From positions 5,642,001 to 5,706,000 of the forward strand of contig OZ176057.1 of the NCBI GenBank assembly GCA_964247055.1: a stretch of DNA of 64,000 bases, in the 5' to 3' direction. This DNA is from Paragordius varius (lineage: Eukaryota; Animalia; Nematomorpha). This document shows positions 13,148 through 24,559 of this stretch, in pieces; positions within the stretch are counted from its first letter, which is position 1; each line of letters starts with the position of its first letter. The translations under genes and the position numbers were made by a program. The notes beneath the pieces are model-generated. The model had not been told where the DNA came from, did no database searches, and saw nothing but the letters and a program-made list of their open reading frames with translations.

Positions 13148-13539
13148 GATTTCACATTTTTGCAAAAAGTTTATAATTTAAAATTTACCAAAAATATCTG
13201 AGTCATGGTATCCCTAAAATATAATCAAATTCAAAAGGTCAAAACATAATACCGTGAAACCAATATATTTTATATGCCTATTAACTATTGTGACCAGCCT
13301 AGAAAATATGGTGGTTTAAATCTAAATTTAAGGCCCTCAGTTTTTTGTTTAAGTCGGAAAAGCTGATAATTGTTTCGCCTTTAACGACAATATAAATTTT
13401 TGTATTTCAAATTTCCGAAAAAAATTTAAAAACAAAAGTATTACGAATGCTAAAAAACCCTGCATTTTTCTATTATAATGAAAACGCAAAATTAAATACG
13501 CTCAAATATTAAAGTTACGTTACTACGGACTCTAGTATA

Positions 13540-13675
13540 TGGTTGCTTATTTAACTATAGTAGGTAATTTGCAACTCACAGTAGTTTATAGAAAAAAACC
13601 AACAATGTGTTAAATAAATAATCAAGTTTTTCCTTTTTTTGACATTACTGTGCTACAGATTGCCCAACTATAGTA
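13540..13675. mobile_element. MITE family C copy
   Basis: Homologous to 10211-10372 and 42845-42975; internal inverted symmetry. Confidence 0.55.
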
Positions 13676-13948
13676 CAGTAAAAATTGAAATTAAAACGTA
13701 AAAATATTTTTTTCTAAAAGACAACCACCCTTTTTGAATCTTGAATTATTTTAATATATCTAATTGTTTTAAACTGCCAATTATATAAGGGAATGTGTAA
13801 CCAATAAACAACTCTATTTCATACTTTATAGTCCGAAACAATAAATTATATTTAGGAAAAATAAGTTTCAAAAAGTATGGTTGTTTTTTAGAAAAAAATA
13901 TTTGTCTTTATATTTTACGTGTTCTCCGTATAATTTCAGTGTTTACTG
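13676..13948. mobile_element. MITE family B, TA-flanked
   Basis: TA|CAGTAAAAATTGAAATT ... AATTTCAGTGTTTACTG|TA. Confidence 0.8.
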
Positions 13949-14650
13949 TATGTGATATAAGCAAGCATTAAAAGGTAAATGCCATATATTTTCCAAAGAA
14001 AACCAAATAAATTTTTCAAAAGAGTAGTATTATTAATTCAGGGTTCCATAATTTAAAACTTTTTAACAACAGCATAATTACTTAATTAATGTATGTGTTG
14101 GTTTTATGGTTATTAACTCAAATTTATATATTTTAATACACATAAACCAAATGCCAAAAAAAGTTAATCGAAAGAATTATTGATATAAATTTAAGGATTT
14201 GAACTGAGATTTTTAGCCGTATAAATTATATATCAAATAAGGTTTAAGCTATGATTCAAGCCTAAAATCACAAATTTTTTAAAAAGAGAACTGATAAAAA
14301 AATTAATAGGGGGGAAAAGACATTAAACTTTTAAATTTAATGTTGGCAATAACCGAATAAAGTAACATTTATAGATTTATTGTATTGAATTTAAAATAGA
14401 TACTTTATTTAATAATATATATATATATATATAGGTTTCATGAAACATTTTTGCACATAATCAATCCAAATATATACATATATATATTTTATAAAATAAA
14501 GAGTATATTAGAAGAATATGGGTAAAATTTTAGTAGGGCATATAAAAACCAGATAAAGTTTTTGAAAACCGCACAGAAATAATTAAATTAAATATAGTAT
14601 ATTAAAGTCATTGGTTTTTTATTGATAAAGTGATAATTTCGTAGTAATTA

Positions 14651-14921
14651 CAGTAAAAATTGAAATTATACAACAGCGATAAAACAATATAAAGACAAAT
14701 ATTTTTTGTTAAAAAACCGCCTTGATTTTTTTTAATTTTAACTCGTTGTTTTAAATAGCAAAGTATGAAATATATATAGTTACACAATTAAGAATTATTA
14801 CAATATTAAACAATTTATATATATAGTTTACAAAGTTTAAAAGTATGGCGTTTGTAAAAAAATAAACTTTGTCTTTATACTTTTACGTTTTATCTTCTGA
14901 GTACAATTTCAATTTTTACTG
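14651..14921. mobile_element. MITE family B, TA-flanked, 20 bp downstream of the UBE2R stop codon
   Basis: TA|CAGTAAAAATTGAAATTATAC ... CAATTTCAATTTTTACTG|TA. Confidence 0.8.
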
Positions 14922-14941
14922 TATATGTATAATTTAAGAAA

Positions 14942-17900
14942 TCAGTTTTGTTCGGTGGGTTGTTGAGAAGTAGTCGAATTAGACCCTGGAGTAGAAAGAG
15001 GGCCATCTCTAACCCCTAAAATAACAGGTGATCTCCGCAAATTTTCATTGGTTAAAGCAGAATTTGAATTTGCATTTGAATTCAAATTCAAACTCAAATT
15101 AGTATCGGTATTGCTGTAATAATTTGAATGTGTGGGCATATTGCTGTTTGCATTTGCAGTTGTTGTGGTCAGCTGTTTTTGTGAACCTGTGGCGGTGTTA
15201 TCATCTTCAGACGAACAAACATGGCTGCCCCCATGTTGCTGTCGACGATGGTGGTCAGAATTTTCTGATTCGCTTTGCGTAATTTCACTTTCATCCCCTG
15301 AACTAAATATAATATTATATATAATTAGAAAATTACAAAAAAATATAATTACAGTAAAAAAATTATGGAAATTATGCGAACAAAACTTAAAAATATAAAG
15401 ACAAAATTTTTTTTCTAAAAGCAACAACCATACTTTTTAAATCTTAATTTTAATAAAATCTATCTCTAATTATATAAATTTGCAAGGTGTGAAATAGAGA
15501 TATATATACATACCATTTACAGTTCAAATTCACCCAACAATTCAAATTCACCCTCGAACAATTCAAATTCACCCTTGAACAATTCAAATTCACCCTAAAA
15601 ATAAATTATGTGTTTTCGAACTAATATAACTCATTATTAATGAGAAATATATCTTTATGGCATAGTTTATTATTTTTTCAGTATTATTTAAATTAAAAAA
15701 AAAATTTTTATTTTTTTAAAATATATAAAAATATTGGGTAATTTTTAATCTAAAAACATATATTTTATTTGAGGGTGAATTTGAATTGTTTAAGGGTGAA
15801 TTTGAATTGTAAATGGTATATTACTAATGCATTCAATTCCAAATTTTACAAATGTAAGCATGTAGATTAAGGATAAATTAACGGATTGTCGTTAAAATTT
15901 GTCTTTTAATTTGGTTAACCTTTTGTCCTTATGTTTAATTTCAATTTCTACTACTGTAAGATATCTTAAAAGCGACAAAAAAAATGTTATAATCTTAATT
16001 ACGCAATAATTTCAATCAACTATTCAACTTTGTAAAACTTTTAAAACTTTGCAAAAACTTTTTTTTGAGAAAAACGGCTTGTTTAAAACTATGAAAAAAA
16101 GATTAAAACTTACGTATCATAATCATATTAAGTAATAAAAATCCTTTTATATCTTTAACTTTTTATAGAAATAAATTCCCAAAAAAAACTATTCAACTTT
16201 TAAAACTTGTAAAACTTTTCAAAAACTTTTTGAAACTTTTTAAAAAAAATTTACGTATCGTAATCATCTTTAAGGTAGAATTTCTTTTAATCCCAAACAA
16301 ACTATTCAACAATTTATTCAACTTTGTAAAACCTTAAAACTTTTAAAACTTTTCAAAAAAACATTTAAAACTTTTTTTTCAAAAAAATCTGCTTAAAACT
16401 TACTTATCTATCATAATCATCTTCGAGGTAGAATTCCTTTTAATTCCCCAAAAAAACCATTCAACAATTTATTCAACTTTGTAAAACCTTACTTTAAACT
16501 TTTATTAACTTTAAAACTTTGTAAAACTTTTTTTTCAAAAACTTTAAAACTTGTCAAAAAAGGTGCTTAAAACTTAATTATAATCATGTTAAAATAAAAA
16601 TAATTTTTTAAAAAAATGAAAAAAACTATTCAAACTTTTATTAATTTCAAATTTCAAACTTTATTAAACTTTTAAAACCTTTTAAACTTTTTTCAAACTT
16701 TTGAAACTTTTTAAAAAACTGCTTAAAACATACGTATCATATCATCTTTAAGATATAAATCCTTTTTTATCTTAAAATTTTTTAAAAAAACTTTTTAAAC
16801 TTTTTAAACTTATTAACTTTTATTAATTATAAAACTTTTAAAACATTTCAAAAACTTTCAAACTTATCAAGAAAACTCCTTAACATTTACGTATCATATC
16901 ATAATCATATAAAGTAATAAATCCTTTTTTATCTTAAAATTTCCCAAAAAAACTATTCAATATTTTTCAACTGTTAAAACTTTTTAAAACTTTTCAAAAA
17001 CTTTTTTTTAAAAAAACTTACGTATCGTAATCATCTTCGAGGTAAAAATCTGAAGCGTCGAGTCCCATACCACTGGAATGCAGGGTATAATTGCTATTGC
17101 TATTGGTATTTATACTGTTTGAAAATATGGATGATATATTATTGTTTCCTGTAATTGAATTATTTGAATTATTTGAATTATTAGTCTTAGCTTTCATACA
17201 CCATTCCTCTTGAGTTAACGGAACTACTATATTATCTCGTTCTGCATCAATTTTCGTAGCATTTACTTGATGTCTGCCAAGAAAAAAATAAAAAAATGAA
17301 AAAAGTTTTGTTTTAAAATTTTTTTCAAAAAACTGATATATATATACCTTTTAGAGTTCAAATTCCCCCTCGAAAAATTCAAATTCACCCTTGAACAAAT
17401 TCAAATTCACCCTTGAACAATTCAAATTCACCCTTAAACAATTCCTCGAACAATCAAATTCACCCTTAAACAATTCGAATTCACCTCCCTTGAACAATTC
17501 AAATTCACCCTTTAACCATTCCTGAAATATTCGAATTCCTAAAACAAATTCACCCTTAAACAATTCGAATTCACCCTTAAACAATTCGATTCACCGTTGA
17601 ACAATTCAAATTCACCCTTAAACAATTCAAATTCTTTACCCTTGAACAATTCGATTCACCGTTGAACAATTTAAATTCACCCTAAAATAAATGAAATTAA
17701 AAATTACCTATATTTTTTATATTTTTATGAAATGAAAATTCAAAATTAATATAATACCGAAAAAATAATAAATTATGCCATAAGAATATATTTTATATAT
17801 TTAGCCCGAAAAGACATAATTTATTTTGAGGGTAAATTTGAATTGTTTAAGGGTGAATTTGAATTATTCGAGGGCAAATTTGAACAATATGTGATATATA

Positions 17901-20900
17901 TATAGAGAGAAATTTAATAAAAATCGAAAAACGTAAAAAACATAGAAATAGATATTATTTTCAAAGGACCGCTCGCCGTATGCCTTTAAAAACCTTAATT
18001 TTTACAGAACTTTAGAATTTACAATCGTAATAATATATATAATTGATTTAGTTACCATAAATCTCTATAACATATTTTGCAATTTAGAATGCAACCATAA
18101 AATTTATATATTTTAATATATTCTAGTAAAAAAATACAGAGGGGTCTTTTGATCAAAAAAAAATTGTCGTATGTTAAAATTTTTCTGTCTGTATAGCTTG
18201 AATTTTATTCATGGATTATTAGTGAATCCTTAATCGAGTTTGAAGGGTATTTCAATTAACCAGGATATAATTTGTTTAGTTTTGATTAGGATATTAGTAG
18301 ATAATATTTTCAATTTTTTTAATCAATCGATTGAAAGAACATAAATAAAACATTGATAGTTTCGTAGCAAAATTAAGAGAATTACGCATTATACATAGAT
18401 TATAAAATTTATTTACTAAAAATTTATATTTTTATCATATACGCCCTTTTTTATCTTAATTTTAGATAAATAATAATTTCACGTTTCGATTAATCAGTCA
18501 AGATAATATACCATTAACAATTCAAATTCACCTTTGAACAATTCAAATTCACCCTCGAAAAATAAATGGTGTTTTCGAACTAATATAACTCATTATTAGT
18601 ATGAAATACATCTTTATGGCATAGTTTATTATTTTTTCAGTATTATACAAATTTAATACAAATTTTTATTTTTTGAAAATATATAAAAATATTGGTAATT
18701 TTTAATCTTGAAAAACATATATTTTAGTTAGGGGGTGAATTTGAATTGTTTAAGGGTGAATTTGAATTGTTCAAGGGTGAATTTGAATTGTTTAAGGGTG
18801 AATTTGAATTGTTTAAGAGTGAATTTGAATTGTTCAAGGGTGAATTTGTTTGTTTAAGGGTAAATTTGAATTGTTTAAGGGTGAATTTGAATTGTTTAAG
18901 AGTGAATTTGAATTGTTCAAGGGTGAATTTGTTTGTTTAAGGGTAAATTTGAATTGTTTAAGGGTGAATTGAAATTGTTCAAGAGTGAATTTGAATTGTT
19001 CAAGGGTGAATTTGAAATGTTCAAGGACCAACTTAAAGTGTTCAGGGACACTCTTAAAGTGCAAATGATTTATATTTAAGCCAACGAGATTTATATATAT
19101 AGGATATAATTGTTCAAAAATCTATAAAATTTGACTTGAAAATTTAATTTTTTTCCAAAAGACAAACCTAAGATGCTATTTAAGCAAAAAGTATATGATA
19201 TATAATTGTTCAAAAAACTATATTTATTTAATTTTAATTTTTTACAAAAGACAAACCTAAAGATAATACTTAAGCCAAAAAATAATCTTCTAATTTTAAT
19301 AAATTCCAAATTTTTTTTAAAAAAAACTAAATTTTTAAAATTTTAATTTTTTTTTGCAAAAAAATAAACCTAATAATATTTTCATATTCTTTGTCAGCTC
19401 CTTTGCTATCTTTCCATCTTCGATACATAACGCTTGAATCTACATTTGCCGGGGAATACGTATTGGGTTCATTCAGAAGTGATATTACGCTCAGTAAAAT
19501 AGTTCTAGAATAAAAAATTTAAAATTGTTAATAAAATTTTATTTACAAATATTTTTAAAAGATAATTAAATTTTTATTTTTATATAAAATGTGTTTTTCT
19601 TTTAAAAATTTATTGAAACTTTGAATTTCGTCACCAATTTTCGAAATATATAGGTTCTACGCTTGGTAGAATAGTTCTAAGTAAAAAAATTCAAAAATAC
19701 TTTTATAAAAAATGATATTTTTTTAAAAAATTTATTAAAACTTAACCCCAATTTTTGAGTTAATATGGGTTCATTCAAGAGTGATATTACGCTCAATAGA
19801 ATAGAGTAAAATAAATTTAAAAAAATTCATAAAGTTAAAATTAAACAATAATTAAAATTGTATATAAAACAACGTAAAAATAGGTTCCAATAATGTAATA
19901 TGTTTTAAAAGATATAAATCATTACCTTTTTTTACGTTTTGTTTTTTACTGTAAAATTTTATCAAAGTAAGTAAGTAAGTATACATTTCTAGAAAATTAT
20001 TAATTTTTGCCAAATAATGAATGGTTAATAATAAATCATTTAGAATTTAAATTCACACCCTTGAACAATTCAAATTCACCCTAAAAAACAATTATGTGTT
20101 TTCAGGCAACTAATATAACTCAAATATGATGAAATATATCTTTATGGCGCATAGTTTATGATTTTTTCAGTAATATTTTAATTTTAATCAAAAATATACA
20201 TAAAAATATAGGTAATTTTTAATTTTAAAAAACACATATTTAATTAAGGGTGAATTTATATTGTTTTCAAGGGTAAATATGAATTTTAAATAATTATAAT
20301 CCAATATTGCTCTTTGCTGTATCAGCTGATAGGCAATAATTAATAATTTTCTAGCAATTTTGTATACTTACTCATACTGTATTTTTAATTTTGTTTTATA
20401 TATATATTATAAACACCAAAAAAACCCTATAACTTTGGTTCAATATAACTAAAATTTGCTGGAAAATATTTATCAGATATTTCTGGTCTAACAATTTAAG
20501 TTAGTGATTTAAAATGTTGCGTAAAGAAAAACCTTAAATTAACTATGTTTTTAGCTTGAAATCTTAATATTTAGGATAAATTTTCAACAAAACTTTAATA
20601 ATGTAATTTTTTAACCAAAGATTTTGAGTGTGAACTCAAAAAATTTTAGAAGGTGAGAAACATTGTTTAAAAATTCTCCCTGAAAAAACGTAAAACTTGT
20701 TATATAATAAATTTTAGTTCTTAAAAATTCCTAGTTTCCTAAAAAATATCATCAAATTTTTTTAAATCTTAATTCTTATTTCCAACCTAACATTTTGAGT
20801 TGGATTTAAGCGTTCTTAAGAGTTAAAATTAGATATTATTTTAAAAACCCCAAAAAATCGAAAATTTACCATAAATTTTAGCAAAATTTTTCATAATTAA

Positions 20901-23208
20901 AACTTATTTGCCTGATATGAATTAGTCACCTCTATAAAATTTTTATTTAAATTTAATATTTTATTTTCCAACCTAATATTTTGAGTTAAATTCCAATTTT
21001 AAAATGAAGTCAAAAATCCCAATTATTAAAAGAAACAAGCCTTAAATTTCACAATAAATTAACTGAGAAATTGAATAAAATTTGCTTGAAAAAAAACTTT
21101 GAAATTTGCTAAAAATTTTAAGGAAAACCTCAAAATCTTAATATTATTTAACACCTGACATTTTTTACCAAAACGTACTTTGAGAGAAAATTAAAAAAAG
21201 ATTTTTTAAAAAAAAGTACAAGAAAATTTCTAGCAAAACCTTAATATCTTAATATTACCTGAAATTTTAAGTTATTTGAATAATTTGACTTTGTGACTAT
21301 TTAATAAAACCTTAAACTTGCTATAAATTATTAGCAATATCCTACAAAAATTTTAAAATTTACTAAAATTTACAAAAAAATTTAAAATCTAAATATTTTT
21401 TTCAACAACCTGACATTTTGCGTTAGATTTTTCCACTCAAAATATTCTCTGGTTGAAAAAAAAATACTCATTTTAAAATTTTATCTTTTAAAACCCTAAA
21501 AACTCTATGAAACCACAAAATTAACTATAGAAAATTTTTAGCAATTTTCTTGAAGTCTGAGCATATATTTTCTAGAAAAAGACTCTAAAATCTTAAAATA
21601 TTTTTTTTCAACAACCTGACATTTTGACTTTAAATTTTCCACCCAAAATGTTCTAAAATTACTGAAAAAATACTTTTTTTAAATGATTTTTTATAATCCT
21701 AAAAATTTTAGCCAATAAAATTCACTGTAAAATCCTAAAAACACTTTAAAACCTTTAATTAACTATAAATTTTAACAATATTCTGCAAAAAAATTCAAAA
21801 TTTACTAAAAATTCTTAAAATGATGATTTTTTCTACAACATGACATTTTGCTTGAAGATTCCACTTAAAATATTCTTAAGTTGAAAAAAAAATACTTTTT
21901 TTAAAATTTTATCTTTCAAAATCCTAAAAACTCTATTAATTACTTAAATTAACTATAAAAACTCTATAAAACCTTAACCTTAAAATTAATTATAACATTT
22001 TTAGCAATATTCATAAAAACTCTGAATATATTTGCTAAATAAAAATCTAAAATCTTAAAATGATTATTTTTCTACAATCAGACATTTTGCGTTCAATTTT
22101 CCAACCAAAATGTTCTAAAATTACTGAAAAAATACTTTTTTTAAATGATTTTTCATAATCCTATAAATTTTAGCCAATAAAATTCACTCTGTAAAATCCC
22201 AAAAACACTATAAAACCTTGAACTTGCTATTAGCAATTTTCTGCAAAAATTTTAAAATTTACTAAAATTTGCTAAAAATTTCTAGAAAAATCTTAAAATG
22301 ATGATTTTTTTCTACAACCTGACATTTTGCGTAGGGTTCCAACGTTCTGATGGGTCTTCGCCACTTTGAGGGTCAGTTACAGGTGGATGTAAGATTGATA
22401 TACATAAATCACCATTCTATAATACAAATATATATAATCATTTTTAGTTTTTTAAACAATACAGTAAAAATATAAAAATATATGGACAAAAATAAAATTA
22501 TTAAAAGACAAGTCTTTTTTTACTAAAAAACCGGTGTATTTTATAAAGAAAATATCTATTATCCTAGGGAGAAAATACCAGGAATAGATATAAAAAAACA
22601 ACAACTGGTTAATAAGATTTATAAATTATATATAAAAAATTTGGGTATCAGGTATTCAAATATCTTACTGATTAAAAAGTATTAGGATTGATCAACCAAC
22701 AAGAATGTATTAGGGAAAACAGTTAGTTTTTGGCTATATTAAAAATTTTTATCATCTATATTTAGATATCGATTAATATAATAAAATATAAAATAAAATA
22801 ACATAAAAAATATTTTAAATTTTTTAAATTATTTTATATAAATAAATAAGTGTAAGTTATACCTCATAAACATTCGGATGCCAAACTTTTGTTAAGAATC
22901 GTATGGTTGGTGGAGAATATGGATAATCTTTGGGGAATTTCATGTGAGCCTATTAATGTTTTTATACAAAACAAAGATTAATTAAAGTAGAAAAAAGACA
23001 ACTAGTTTGAAAAATGTTAATAATTCAAATATAAAACCTTGAAATAACCACCCTGATAAGGTGTTTCAGGCGGGCCAAAAATTGCAACTTCCCAATTAAA
23101 CAAATCATCTTCTCGGAGTAGTTTAACACGAAAACCCTCGACTGGGTCCTCCATTATTCCTTTGTATTCTAGAGCCAAAGCTCTGGTTGCACTTGAGTTT
23201 GTGGTCAT
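14942..23208 (-). CDS. CDC34: Ubiquitin-conjugating enzyme E2 R (CDC34/UBE2R family), 6 exons, ~367 aa
   Basis: Exons 23208-23038, 22949-22863, 22416-22319, 19504-19370, 17273-17022, 15302-14942. All GT..AG, phases consistent, total 1104 nt. Translation has [76 protein letters not shown] (catalytic Cys plus the CDC34 acidic loop) and an acidic/low-complexity tail. R1 vs R2 cannot be assigned. Confidence 0.95.
15352..15956. mobile_element. MITE family B with nested family A MITE
   Basis: Left arm at 15352, degenerate right arm ending ACTG|TA at 15956; family A element at 15513-15816 lies inside. Confidence 0.65.
15513..15816. mobile_element. MITE family A (TA|CCATTTACA termini, subterminal 21-bp repeats TTGAACAATTCAAATTCACCC)
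   Basis: TA|CCATTTACAGTTCAAATTCACCC ... GGGTGAATTTGAATTGTAAATGG|TA. Conserved AT-rich core shared with ~11 other copies. Confidence 0.85.
16000..17021 (-). repeat. Intronic tandem array containing copies of the UBE2R exon 5 end and donor
   Basis: ~6 units of ~140-170 bp. Plus-strand CTTACGTATC(G/A)TAATCATC motif near 16110, 16250, 16400, 16570, 16730 and 16885; real junction at 17021/17022. Confidence 0.8.
17347..17887. mobile_element. MITE family A with expanded left 21-bp array
   Basis: ~14 units at 17350-17690 (source of the spurious FKGEFEL ORF), followed by the family core and a short right arm. Confidence 0.8.
18511..19067. mobile_element. MITE family A with expanded right 21-bp array
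   Basis: TA|CCATTAACAATTC left end. ~14 units at 18735-19050 that grade into the variant unit AGGACCAACTTAAAGTGTTCA. Confidence 0.8.
20040..20295. mobile_element. MITE family A (degenerate)
   Basis: 21-bp units on both arms plus the family core (ATATAACTC..ATATCTTTATGG..CATAGTTTA). Confidence 0.7.
20600..22318 (-). repeat. Intronic tandem array containing copies of the UBE2R exon 3 end and donor
   Basis: ~8 units of ~200-240 bp. Plus-strand CAACCTGACATTTTG-like motif near 20782, 20968, 21150, 21253, 21405, 21610, 21835 and 22075; real junction at 22318/22319. Confidence 0.8.
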
Positions 23209-24559
23209 ATGATAGTCGTATGAGTTGTGTGATGCAATGGTATTTTATCACGTCTTTTTGTTCCATAATATGTTTTTTTTGTAAAGATATATTTTTGTTT
23301 TAAAGTTTATATTGTAAAATTTTATATTTTGTTGTGTTTTTTTAACAAAATAACTACTTTTTTCTTAAACTATGTGGCATTTTACAAAAGTATTTTGTTC
23401 TAATACCCCAAACTTAATACCGTATGACCTATTGATGTAGTTTCATCTCTGACTAATAAATTGGATTATATAAAGTATTGGGTACTAGCCCGAATTTAAA
23501 AATATGCTTTTTTAGCATTTTTGCATAAAAACTTTTATAAAAATGTAAAAAATTCTCACATACTTTTTTATTTTAAAATAAAATAGGCGATAAAAATAAT
23601 TATGGTTAATAGATGTAAATAATTAATTTTGAGCTTACAGGGTATATAACCAGAAAAATTTGGCATATATCGATTTTAAAATCATAGTTTTATCGTGTTG
23701 TGGAGCTGCCCAGATTTTGGACTTTGAAGTCGCAAAACTTCAAAATATATAATCACAAAAGGATAAAATATTTGATAATAATTTAATTTTAACTATATTA
23801 ACTTTTAAGGCTGTAGTTTTTTACAAGATTAAGCTTGAGATACCAATCTACCCGAATATAAAATTGAGGGAAAAAACTAAAAATGTCATAAAATTTTAAA
23901 GAAATTATTTGCCACTAAATTTTATAAAACGAATATTACACTAAAGTTTAAATTGGTATTATTGCAAAAGATTTAATAAAGTTTATCATTTTCTGTTACT
24001 AAAGTATTTTAGAAAAACATAAAGAAAATTTTTAATTTTAATATATTTGGTTGATGTATCCGAACATATATTTTTGTTTTGTAGCATAAAAATATGCTAT
24101 TTACATTTTAACATTTTGTTTATCGAGGTAGTTCGCCCAAACCTAAAACTCGTATAATGGCTAAATCTCGGCCTTGGCAAATCCTTGTTTCAAAGCTTCA
24201 CCAAAAATATAAAATATTAAGACAGATAAAAATACCACCGTACACACAGAGACAAATATTCGGGATATATTAGTGTTTCCAAAATAATTATTCTGATAAG
24301 ATATATATATTCTTATGGAATTATGTATCAGGAATATCAAGGTACATTTGATTTTGGCGCTTAGGGCCATTTAAAAAGTTATTTCACTTTTTTGGTAACT
24401 GAGCTGTATTAATGACAAAATTTAATATTTGTTATAACTCGGTCTAAAATATTTGATACACTTAACTATAATATAGGAATCTCATTCATTCAATTAATAA
24501 AAAAAGTAATCAATTTATTTATTTTTAAATCTAATTCTATAAGGTTATATTCAAAAAGC

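Noticed and set aside
6204-15398. Plus-strand ORFs 6204-6428, 8939-9202, 15132-15398, and minus-strand 38708-39021
   Set aside because: Antisense shadows of real exons.
17351-19064. ORFs made of FKGEFEL / RVNLNCS / NNSNSPL repeats (also 40117-40399 and 58804-59113)
   Set aside because: Translations of the 21-bp MITE subterminal array. A period divisible by 3 gives stop-free frames on both strands; no gene context.
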